From: Polyangiales bacterium
GTDB lineage: Bacteria > Myxococcota_A > Polyangia > Polyangiales > Ga0077539
Reading direction: 5' to 3'
Assembly (NCBI GenBank): GCA_044229975.1
Contig: JBGARZ010000018.1
Location: 111,482 to 175,481, forward strand
DNA: 64,000 nt
The stretch's first letter is position 1, and every line of letters begins with the position of its first letter. The notes beneath the pieces are model-generated. The model saw only the letters and a program-made list of their open reading frames with translations. It was not told where the DNA came from and made no database searches. This document shows, piece by piece, positions 26,287 through 34,611 of the stretch. A program made the translations under genes and the position numbers.

Positions 26287-26961
26287 ATGACCTACCGAGA
26301 TCCCCGTGAGGCGTTGCAGGCAGAAAACGATTGCCTGCGACAAGAGCTGAGAGAGACCCAGGAGGAGCTCGCTTCGGCGCGCAGCCTTCCTGCGGGTCAG
26401 GAGTACGAGCGTCGTCGGTGGGCCCTGGGCATGCGCTGCCTCGGCAGCCTCGCCATGGTCGCTCCCTTCCTCGCGATGATGACCCTGTGCGAGCACCGCG
26501 CGATGCGCCGTCCCGCCTGGCACTCGTCCATGGGCGTGGTGCCCGCGCAGCACGTCGCGGGTCGCGGCGGCTGCCCGATGGCGGGTCCCGCGTTGGGCTT
26601 CGAGCGTTTCACGCAGGCCGTCGAGCGGCCCGCGCGGATGACCGAGTCGACGGACGCGGCCCTCCCCGCCGGCACCGCGTGCATCGTCCGCATCGCGCCG
26701 GTGTCGATGTTGCAGTTCAACTGCCACGTCTCGGTGATGTGCGACGGCAACGAGATCTACGGCACGATGCCCACGGGCTACGCACACTGCGACGTCAACC
26801 AGGGCCGCGTCGTCGGCGCGGTCGACCCCGATGCGACGCACCTCGACGGCGACCCGGCCATCGAGGCAAACCTCGATACGGGTCGCGTGGTCATCGCAGA
26901 CGACAACCCCGCCAACTCGTCCCGCTTCGTGCTCGCCATCAGCCGGCCCGCCACGCGCTGA
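26287..26961 (+). CDS. Hypothetical protein (short coiled coil, TM, Cys-containing beta domain)
   Basis: ATG 26287 after GAGG; begins MTYRDPREALQAEN; no recognised family. Confidence 0.6.
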   Translation: MTYRDPREALQAENDCLRQELRETQEELASARSLPAGQEYERRRWALGMRCLGSLAMVAPFLAMMTLCEHRAMRRPAWHSSMGVVPAQHVAGRGGCPMAGPALGFERFTQAVERPARMTESTDAALPAGTACIVRIAPVSMLQFNCHVSVMCDGNEIYGTMPTGYAHCDVNQGRVVGAVDPDATHLDGDPAIEANLDTGRVVIADDNPANSSRFVLAISRPATR

Positions 26962-27016
26962 CGCTCCCCCCAGGTTGACGCCCTCGCGGCGCTCGCGATA
27001 GTCGGGTTGACCACCG

Positions 27017-28477
27017 ATGCCCAGGATCGCGACGACCCTCGAAGACGCGGCTGACCTGTTCGATCAGATGCAGGACCAGGGCGTCACCTCCGGGGACGTC
27101 GCGGACTTCTACGTCGAACCGCCCGGCGCGCGACCCGACCCCAACCTCCCTCCCAACGCGCCGGTCCGGGAGAAGATCACCCGTCACCTCATCCGTCGGC
27201 GCAAGCACGCCGAGAAGGTCTTCGTCACCGGCCAGAAGGGCGCCGGCAAGACCATGACCCTCGCGCGCATCGTCCGCGACGCGGCCATCACCGAGCACTT
27301 CGTCCCGCTCGTGGTGCGCGCGACGCGGCACATCCCCGCGGGCTCGGCCGACATCCGGCTGCTGCTGGTGATGGTCATCGCGCAGCTGAGCCAGTTCATC
27401 GGCGAGCGCGCGCTCGATCAGCGGGTCGACCTCGGGGGCCTCAAGGTCGGCGGCATCAGCAAGGTGCTGAGCGGGTGGACGAAGCTCTTCGGCGACATCG
27501 GCGCCCCGACCGCCCCGGAGACCTTCCAGAACGCCCGCACCCGCCTCAACGCGCAGTTTCTGGAGCTGAGCGAGGAGATCGTGCGCGACCCGCAGCGCCG
27601 CGCCCAGGTGCTCGCCGACGCGCGCTACAGCGTCACCGAGCTGCACCGCGTGGCGTCGGCGCTCATCGAGTTCGCGCAGCAGGCGCTGGAGCTGCGGGTC
27701 GAGGGCCCGCAGTACCTGCTGCTGGTGATCGACGACCTCGACAAGTACGCGGTGCCCGCCGAGGTGAAGTCCATCTTCCACGACGGCATGGAGGCGCTGC
27801 GCTCGCTCCCCTGCCCCGCGGTGCTCACGTACCCGTACTTCCTCAACTTCACCGACTCGTTCGTGCAGCGGGAGGGCGAGGCGTCGGCCATCCTCAACGT
27901 GAAGGTGGCCGAGCGCGTGGGCCAGTCGCGGGCGCTGCTCCCGCTCGACCGTCGCCCGTTGCTGGAGCCCGCGCGGGCCTTCTTCAACGGCGTGTACGAC
28001 AAGCTGGCCGATCGCTCGCTCGTGCTCGATCAGGCGGTCATCGACCGCGCCGCGCTGCTCTCGGCGGGCATCCCGCGAGAGTTTCTCCGGTTGCTCTCGG
28101 CGGGCTTCGAGCTGTGCCTCGACCACGGCAAACAGCGCCTCGACCTGCCGACGCTCAACGTCGCGCGCATCGGGCTGCAACAGACCATGGGGCGCACCGC
28201 CAACGAGCCGTGGCGACAGGCGGGCCTGAAGCTGGTGCAATCACGCGGCGACATCGAGGGCTTCAGCGAGATGCTCGATACCGTGCACGTCGTCGAGTAC
28301 GTGAACAGCGCCGTCTGGTACGGCGTTCACCCGGCGATGGAAGAGCTCGTCGAGACGTGGATTCGCCAGGACCGCAGCCTGCTGATCGAGAAGGGCGTGG
28401 ACGCGTCCGTGGTCGACCGCGAGCTCGAAGAGATCTGGCGCAAGGCGGCGTCCCGGCGCGCGCGGTCCGCCGACTGA
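27017..28477 (+). CDS. P-loop NTPase (AAA+/STAND-like)
   Basis: Walker A GQKGAGKT; Walker B LLLVIDDLDK; SAGIPRE (GxP-like); C-terminal WYGVHP. Confidence 0.85.
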   Translation: MPRIATTLEDAADLFDQMQDQGVTSGDVADFYVEPPGARPDPNLPPNAPVREKITRHLIRRRKHAEKVFVTGQKGAGKTMTLARIVRDAAITEHFVPLVVRATRHIPAGSADIRLLLVMVIAQLSQFIGERALDQRVDLGGLKVGGISKVLSGWTKLFGDIGAPTAPETFQNARTRLNAQFLELSEEIVRDPQRRAQVLADARYSVTELHRVASALIEFAQQALELRVEGPQYLLLVIDDLDKYAVPAEVKSIFHDGMEALRSLPCPAVLTYPYFLNFTDSFVQREGEASAILNVKVAERVGQSRALLPLDRRPLLEPARAFFNGVYDKLADRSLVLDQAVIDRAALLSAGIPREFLRLLSAGFELCLDHGKQRLDLPTLNVARIGLQQTMGRTANEPWRQAGLKLVQSRGDIEGFSEMLDTVHVVEYVNSAVWYGVHPAMEELVETWIRQDRSLLIEKGVDASVVDRELEEIWRKAASRRARSAD

Positions 28478-30255
28478 TGATGGACGACGGGGCGCTCGCG
28501 TTTCCGCACGAGCGCGAGGTGGCCAGGCTCGCGCGACGCTTTCGGGCGGGACGTCGCCGGGGCTTCGTGGTGTGCGTGGGCGCCAGCGAGACGCTCCGCC
28601 AGCGGGTCGAGGCGGCGCTCACCGAGCGGCTCGACGCACCCATCGCGACGACCGCGATACGCAAGGGGACGGACGACCCGTGGGGCGCGCTGCTCGGGGC
28701 GCGATCGGGCGACGCGCAGGTGGTGTCGGCGCGGCTCGACGCGGACGTCGAAGAGCGGGTGTTGCGCGCGCTGGATGTGCGGCGCGAGCTGCTGCAGGGC
28801 GAAGGGCTCTCGCTCCTCTTGTGGACGTCGCTCGGGGCGATGGAGCGGGTCGCGAGCCTCGCGCCCAACCTCTGGAGCTATCGGAGCGACGTGGTGTGGT
28901 TTCTCTCGCACGCCGACATCGCGACGAGCATCGGCGCGGCGGCCGACGAGGCCCCGCTGGGAACACCGATCGAGGAGCAGCTCCAGCGCATCGAGGAGGA
29001 GCTCACCTGGAAGCGCGGGCAGCGCACCCGGCTCCTCAACGACAAGGCGTGGCTGCTGAGTCGGTTCGGGCGCCACGAAGAGGCGATGGCGGTGCTCGAC
29101 CTGGCGAAGCCGTCGTCGAAGGCCGGGATTCCGGGCGAAGAGCAGTGGCGGACGACGATGCTCACGGTGCTCCAGCGGCAGGGGCGCATCGACGACGCGC
29201 GCGCCTTCGTGAAGGAAGGAAGGCGCGCCAACGCCCCGAAGGAGCGGGTGCTGGAGCGGGTGGACATCGCGCTCTTCTCCACCGAGTGGCGCGCGGCGTT
29301 TTCCGGCCTCGAACAGACCCTCGGCAACGCCTTCCGCTGGGAGGTCCACCTCACCGAGAACCTCCTCGGGCCGACCTGCGTCCGTGCCGCGCAGGCGCTG
29401 CTCGACCTCGGGCAACTGGCCGCGGCCGAACGCTGGTTGCAGGAAGCCACGAAGACCATCCGGCGCCGGGCCACCGAGTGGTGGCCGATCGTCGCGGCCC
29501 AGGTCGAAGATCAGCGGGCCGACATCGCATGGGAGCGCCTCGATACCGTCGCGGCGTTCCAGCACCACCAGCGCGCGCTGCGCCTTGGCGAGCGCTCCGG
29601 CGCGCTCGACGTGCAGGTCGACGTGCTGGAGAAGGTCGCGCGGCGCTACGCCGAGCTCGGCCTCTCGCAAGACACCCAGGTGTTTCGTGACCGCGCGACG
29701 GAGACGAGCGCGCGCCTGCACGCCGACCCGACGCCCGCTGCGGCAACCGACCAGCTCCCCGAGCGTCCCGTCGACACGGCCTTCGCTCGCCTGGAGCGCG
29801 CCGTCCACGACGCCGAGACTCTCCCTGCCGCCGACGTGATGCCCGCGCTCGACGCCTGCGCCGCCGCCTGGGCCGACGAAGACCCGCGCTACCGCTCGTG
29901 GCCGCTCTTCGACCGTTGGCAGCAGGCGCTCGCCCGTCACCTCGTCGCGCGCGGCGACGACGAGCGCGCCGTCGCCACCCTCCGCGACGCCGCCGAGGCG
30001 CTCGTCGATCTGCCGCGCACCCGCCTCGGGACGCTGCTCGCGCTGGCGACGCTCACGACGGGCGCGGCCTACGCCGACGCGCGTGAAGCCGCCGCGCAGG
30101 AGGTGCTCTCCCGCGCTCTCGTCGCCGGCGCACTCGCGCTCGAACGTGACGCCCGCGTCGCCCTCGGGCCCATCGCTCGCGAGCGCGGTGACGTCGCCGA
30201 AGCCGACTTCCACGAGGCCGAGGCCGCTCGCATCACCGCCGCGCTCGCGCCCTGA
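28477..30255 (+). CDS. TPR-like helical-repeat protein with an N-terminal alpha/beta domain (APNLWSYRS motif)
   Basis: ATG overlaps the ATPase stop (TGATG); long amphipathic helical repeats. Confidence 0.75.
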   Translation: MMDDGALAFPHEREVARLARRFRAGRRRGFVVCVGASETLRQRVEAALTERLDAPIATTAIRKGTDDPWGALLGARSGDAQVVSARLDADVEERVLRALDVRRELLQGEGLSLLLWTSLGAMERVASLAPNLWSYRSDVVWFLSHADIATSIGAAADEAPLGTPIEEQLQRIEEELTWKRGQRTRLLNDKAWLLSRFGRHEEAMAVLDLAKPSSKAGIPGEEQWRTTMLTVLQRQGRIDDARAFVKEGRRANAPKERVLERVDIALFSTEWRAAFSGLEQTLGNAFRWEVHLTENLLGPTCVRAAQALLDLGQLAAAERWLQEATKTIRRRATEWWPIVAAQVEDQRADIAWERLDTVAAFQHHQRALRLGERSGALDVQVDVLEKVARRYAELGLSQDTQVFRDRATETSARLHADPTPAAATDQLPERPVDTAFARLERAVHDAETLPAADVMPALDACAAAWADEDPRYRSWPLFDRWQQALARHLVARGDDERAVATLRDAAEALVDLPRTRLGTLLALATLTTGAAYADAREAAAQEVLSRALVAGALALERDARVALGPIARERGDVAEADFHEAEAARITAALAP

Positions 30256-30269
30256 TCGACGCCGCGCCG

Positions 30270-31580
30270 CTACTCCGCCATCGCCGCGGCGATCTCCTCC
30301 GAGAGCCGCTGCCGACGGGCCACCAGCGCCGCCGCCACGTCGGCCCGCTGCCACCGCAGCCACGCCATCCGCAGCGCCTCCATCGACGCGCCCCAACGCT
30401 CCTCCCACCGCAGCGCCGCGTAGCCGCCCGCCGGTCCCAGCACGGCCACGGCCAACACCGCGAGCCACCCGAAGTGCGCCCCCAGCACCGCCGCCGCGAT
30501 GATCCACCCGATCGGGACGAAGAGCATCCCGCCGAGCATCTTGAAGGTGCCGAGCACGTCCTCGGCGCCCGCGACGCGGCCCGCGACCTCGCCCGCCAGC
30601 CGATACATCGGCCAGCCCAGCGCCACACCCGCGACCGCCAGTGGTGCCAGCACCAACAAGCGCGTGGTCGCCCGTAACACGGCCACCCAGGTCACCCGCT
30701 CGACCTCCAGCGCCCACGGGTCGCGCACCCCCATCGCCTCCACGGCCGCGAGGTACGACCGACCGGACTCCACCAGCGCGTCGGCCTTCGCCGCGTCGCG
30801 CTCCTTCAACAGACGCCACGCCGCCAGCAGCTCGCCCGCCCGCCGCCGCGAGGCCGCGAGGTCGTCCCGCGCGTCGGGGTCGTGCACCGTCCAGCGCGCC
30901 ACGCGGGCGATGCCCTCGATGAGTTCGCCCGCGTCGGCCTGCAACACCACCGTGTCCATCGCCGCGCGGATGTCGTCGGTGAGCGCGTCGACGGTCGCCC
31001 GCTCGTCGGCGTCATACCGGGCCATGTACTCGCGCGCCGAGAGGGCCGCGCCCACGGTGAGCACCGCCCGCGAGCGAAACACCGCCTTCGCTTCGTAGAA
31101 GAGCCCCACCGGAACGATGCGCAGACCGTTGTCGTTCTCCTTCTCCGACGAGAGGGCGATGCGCGCCGCGCCCGTCTTGAAGGGCTTCATGATGGGGTCG
31201 GAGTGGGAGGTTCCTTCGGGGAAGAGGGCCATCCATTCGCCGCGTCCGAGGGCCGCGCGGCAGAGCGCGAAGGTCTCCTCGTTGCGGCTGGTGTCCCCTC
31301 CGCCGCTCCCTACGTCGCGGTGGCGAAACACGGGGATGCCGCCGAAGGCTTCCATGGTGATGCGACCGATGGGATTGCCGAAGAGGGTGCTCTTGCCGAG
31401 GAAGCGCACCGGCCGGTCGAGCCCCAGTCGAAGGAGCATCGGGTCCAGCAGGCCGTTGGGGTGGTTGAGCACGAAGAGGCAGGGTTCGTCCCACAGGACA
31501 CGCTCACGGCCCTCCACCGCGATGACCGGGTAGTAGAGCCGGACGAGGCTTTCGAGGACGGCGCGGATGACGCGCTTCAC
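30270..31580 (-). CDS. Lysophospholipid/glycerol acyltransferase (PlsC-like) with C-terminal TM helices
   Basis: NHPNGLLD (HX4D), FPEGTSH, FKTGAAR. GTG 31580 overlaps the MFS stop. Confidence 0.9.
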   Translation of the reverse strand: MKRVIRAVLESLVRLYYPVIAVEGRERVLWDEPCLFVLNHPNGLLDPMLLRLGLDRPVRFLGKSTLFGNPIGRITMEAFGGIPVFRHRDVGSGGGDTSRNEETFALCRAALGRGEWMALFPEGTSHSDPIMKPFKTGAARIALSSEKENDNGLRIVPVGLFYEAKAVFRSRAVLTVGAALSAREYMARYDADERATVDALTDDIRAAMDTVVLQADAGELIEGIARVARWTVHDPDARDDLAASRRRAGELLAAWRLLKERDAAKADALVESGRSYLAAVEAMGVRDPWALEVERVTWVAVLRATTRLLVLAPLAVAGVALGWPMYRLAGEVAGRVAGAEDVLGTFKMLGGMLFVPIGWIIAAAVLGAHFGWLAVLAVAVLGPAGGYAALRWEERWGASMEALRMAWLRWQRADVAAALVARRQRLSEEIAAAMAE

Positions 31581-32815
31581 GACGCGACCTCGGACGACGG
31601 AAGCCGACGGGAGCCGACGACCCAGACGATGCCTCCGAGGGCGAAGGCCAGGGGCACGAGCATCACGGCGGACTGGAGCGAGCTGCCGTCGCTGACGCGC
31701 CCGATGATGTACGGCGAGATGGCGTCGCCGAGGACGTGCATCGCGAGGATGGACACCGCGAAGCCCATGGCGCGCATGGTGGACGGCACGCAGTCGACGA
31801 GCACCGTGTTGGCGGGCCCCGTGCACAGGAACACCAACGTCTCGGCCACGAAGACCGCGACCCAGCGCTGCGTCGGGTCGACGAGCACGAAGGACATCAC
31901 CGCGAAGGGCACCGCGAGCGCGGTGGAGACGCCCGAGATGAGCAGGTAGTGGTGACGCACGCGGCCGCGGAGGACGTCGCCGAGCCAGCCGCCGACGCCC
32001 GTTCCGAGGAGGCCGGAGAGCACGGTGATGGCGCCGAAGACGGTGTTGGCGGACGAGCCGTCCATGTGGCGCACGCGGATGAGGTAGGTGGGCATCCACT
32101 GCGCGAGCCCGCCGAGGGCGAAGGTGTAGGCGACGCTCCCGACGACGGTGACGACGTACTCGCGGTTGCGGGCGAGCGCGCGGAGCGTGTCGGCGACGGG
32201 GAGCTGGGGAGCAGGCGGGCCATCGAACTGACCGCGTCGAGGTTCTTTGATGGAGAGCGCCGCGGCGGCGAGGAGGAGCCCGGGGAGGCCGACGGCCATG
32301 AACGCCGCGCGCCACCCGGCGGCGTGGTCGATGCGGCCGCCGAGGATGTACCCGAGGGCGCTGCCGACGGGGATGGCCAGGTAGAACACCGCCATGGCGC
32401 GACCGCGCTTCTCCGGCGGGAAGTAGTCGCCGATGAGGGTGGGCGCGATGGTGGCGTAGGCGGCCTCGCCGATGCCGACAGCGGCGCGCGCGGCGACGAG
32501 GCCCGCGAAGGTGGTGGCGTAGGCCGCGGCGGCGGTGGCGATGGACCAGAGCGCGACGCCGAAGCCGAGGAGGTGCGGGCGCGAGCGGGTGTCGCCGAGG
32601 CGCCCGAAGACCGGCGACGCGAGCATGTAGACCCAGATGAACGCCGTGAGCGCGGTGCCCTGCTGCGCGTCGGTCATCGGGATGTCGCGGCGCACCGACG
32701 TAACGATCGCCGGGAGAACGAAGCGGTCGATGTAGTTGAGGAGGTTCATGCCCCCCAACAGCACCATGGCCCACGCGGTGGCCGCCCGGGAGACCGCGCT
32801 CGTCGTTTCGCCCAT
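31577..32815 (-). CDS. MFS transporter (spinster-like)
   Basis: NLLNYIDRF, FGRLGD, GIGEAAY...IGDYFP, LGDAISP; about 12 TM helices. Confidence 0.9.
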   Translation of the reverse strand: MGETTSAVSRAATAWAMVLLGGMNLLNYIDRFVLPAIVTSVRRDIPMTDAQQGTALTAFIWVYMLASPVFGRLGDTRSRPHLLGFGVALWSIATAAAAYATTFAGLVAARAAVGIGEAAYATIAPTLIGDYFPPEKRGRAMAVFYLAIPVGSALGYILGGRIDHAAGWRAAFMAVGLPGLLLAAAALSIKEPRRGQFDGPPAPQLPVADTLRALARNREYVVTVVGSVAYTFALGGLAQWMPTYLIRVRHMDGSSANTVFGAITVLSGLLGTGVGGWLGDVLRGRVRHHYLLISGVSTALAVPFAVMSFVLVDPTQRWVAVFVAETLVFLCTGPANTVLVDCVPSTMRAMGFAVSILAMHVLGDAISPYIIGRVSDGSSLQSAVMLVPLAFALGGIVWVVGSRRLPSSEVAS

Positions 32816-32880
32816 CAGCGTGGACGGTACCGCAAGCGACGATGGTACGGTGCAGCCCCGACAGGAGGTCATCGACTCGC

Positions 32881-33513
32881 GTGAAGCACCAGGGACGTTG
32901 GACAGTCGCCACCACCGTGTTCTCGCTCGCCGCTGGGTGGCAGGCGTGGGCCCAGCCCGCGCCGACGGGCATCACCCCCACCAGCATCGTGCGCCGCTCG
33001 TCCGCGGGCGTCTCCAACCTCGGGGAGTTTCCCGCCGACGCGGGCCCCGCCCCGGCGCGCCCCACGACGCCGCGCGCGGTGGGCGAGGTCGGCGGCACCG
33101 GCATCGTCTCCCAGGAGCGCGGCCCGCAAGGCACCATGCGCGGCAGCGGCCAGCCGCCGCCCGGTGAGATCGACTACAGCCGTCCCATCGGCGCGGCCGA
33201 CGTCGCGCGCCTGCTGCGTACCCAGGAGCCGCGCCTTCGCACCTGCTACGACCAGGCCCGCGCGACGCGACCGCGGCTCGCGGGGCGCGTGTCCATCCGC
33301 CTCGTGGTGAGCCGCACCGGAGAGCTGACCAACGTCGAAGCGACGGGCTTCCCCGACGCCCCGGCCGTCGCGCCGTGCATGGCCCATGAACTTCGACAGG
33401 TGCGCTTTCCCCGACCCGAGAGCGGTGTGCTGCCGTTCAACTACGCGATGAACTTCGCGCCGCCGGCGTCGGCGCCACCGTCGCGACCGACCGCGCGCCC
33501 GCGCTCGCGCTGA
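32881..33513 (+). CDS. AgmX/PglI C-terminal (TonB-C-like) domain protein
   Basis: Signal peptide; LRTCYDQAR...PRLAGRV...CM...FPRP...Y; GTG 32881 after AGGAGG. Confidence 0.75.
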   Translation: MKHQGRWTVATTVFSLAAGWQAWAQPAPTGITPTSIVRRSSAGVSNLGEFPADAGPAPARPTTPRAVGEVGGTGIVSQERGPQGTMRGSGQPPPGEIDYSRPIGAADVARLLRTQEPRLRTCYDQARATRPRLAGRVSIRLVVSRTGELTNVEATGFPDAPAVAPCMAHELRQVRFPRPESGVLPFNYAMNFAPPASAPPSRPTARPRSR

Positions 33514-34510
33514 CCTGCACGGCACCACCGGGCGCCACCGTCACGGGGACGCCCGCGATGTTCCAGGTGAGCGTCTCGGCGCCCAGGTTGGTGAGCCAGG
33601 TGCGACCCGAGCGGTCGATGCGCGCGACGCTCGCCTCCAGCGCGGCGCCGTCGTCGGCCAACGCCACGACGGCGCGCATCGATCCGGCGGGGTCGTTCCA
33701 CGCGAGCTCGACGGCGACGCCGGTGCGGTCGGTCCACGGCGCGGCCGTCTCGTGGACGGTGCACGGCTCGGCGGACGGCGCCGCGAAGCTCGCGACCGAC
33801 GGGTATGCGTCACCGAGTCGACGCGTGGTCACCCGGCAGAGCGCCGCGACGTCGATCTCGGCGGTGATCAGCGCGTTGAGGAGCAGCCAGCGCCCTGGCT
33901 CGCGAGACACGGTCGCGACGGTGGTCTGGGCGGTAGCCGCGATGCGGGTCAACGATCGTGGGGGATCGTACGATCCGCCGACGCTGGTCGGAGGCGCCGC
34001 GCACGCATCGGGGAAGACCGCGCAGGGGTCGCCCGACGCACCAGCCGGGACCGCGCCCACGGAGAAGAACCGCGACGCCGAGGGGCGAAGGATGCGGCCG
34101 CGGCGAAAGCGCCAGGAGCGGTTGTACGAGTTGCCGTACGAGTGTGAGCGGTAGCTCCAGCGGTAGTCGCCCATCTCGACGGAGCCCGACTCGTCATCGA
34201 ACTCCTCGGTCACGGAGACCTCGTGGTCGGTGCTGACGGAGAGGCCCGACGAGGCGATCGAGGTGGGCTCGGAGTCGGGGTCGGGTGACTCGACAGGAGC
34301 ATCGACGACAGGGTCCACCGCGGGCCCAGCGGCCGGGCGGCGCGGCGTGGGCGGGCGGCGCGGCGGAGCAACGGGGACGAACGGAACCCGCGTGACCGCG
34401 GTGGGACGGAGCGGCGGCGGGCGCAGGCGAGCGGCGGCAAGGATGAGCGCCGAAGCGGCCAGCCAGAGGGCGAGGAGGGCGATCGACTCGTGGCGCCATG
34501 ACCTGGTCAC
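33437..34510 (-). CDS. Hypothetical protein with N-terminal membrane anchor
   Basis: Hydrophobic N-terminus and Pro-rich linker; fills the gap between neighbours; its 3' end overlaps the convergent gene. Confidence 0.5.
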   Translation of the reverse strand: MTRSWRHESIALLALWLAASALILAAARLRPPPLRPTAVTRVPFVPVAPPRRPPTPRRPAAGPAVDPVVDAPVESPDPDSEPTSIASSGLSVSTDHEVSVTEEFDDESGSVEMGDYRWSYRSHSYGNSYNRSWRFRRGRILRPSASRFFSVGAVPAGASGDPCAVFPDACAAPPTSVGGSYDPPRSLTRIAATAQTTVATVSREPGRWLLLNALITAEIDVAALCRVTTRRLGDAYPSVASFAAPSAEPCTVHETAAPWTDRTGVAVELAWNDPAGSMRAVVALADDGAALEASVARIDRSGRTWLTNLGAETLTWNIAGVPVTVAPGGAVQVSASAGARSVATVAPTPAARSSSRS

Positions 34511-34611
34511 GGCGAGTTCTGACGCCCGAGGTGGGGAGAAGTTCCACCCGCGGCGCGAACGTTTCTTGAGGCGAGCGCGGTCGACGGTGGCGTAGCGTCC
34601 ATCGTCGTTCG

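Noticed and set aside
27475..28476. N-terminal extension of the TPR-like ORF overlapping the ATPase (possible frameshift fusion)
   Set aside because: Off-frame, Arg-rich shadow; a clean TGATG coupling explains the junction and I saw no slippery site.
31581..33137. Apparent 955-aa acyltransferase fusion
   Set aside because: The upstream part is an off-frame reading of the MFS gene; the acyltransferase begins near 31580.
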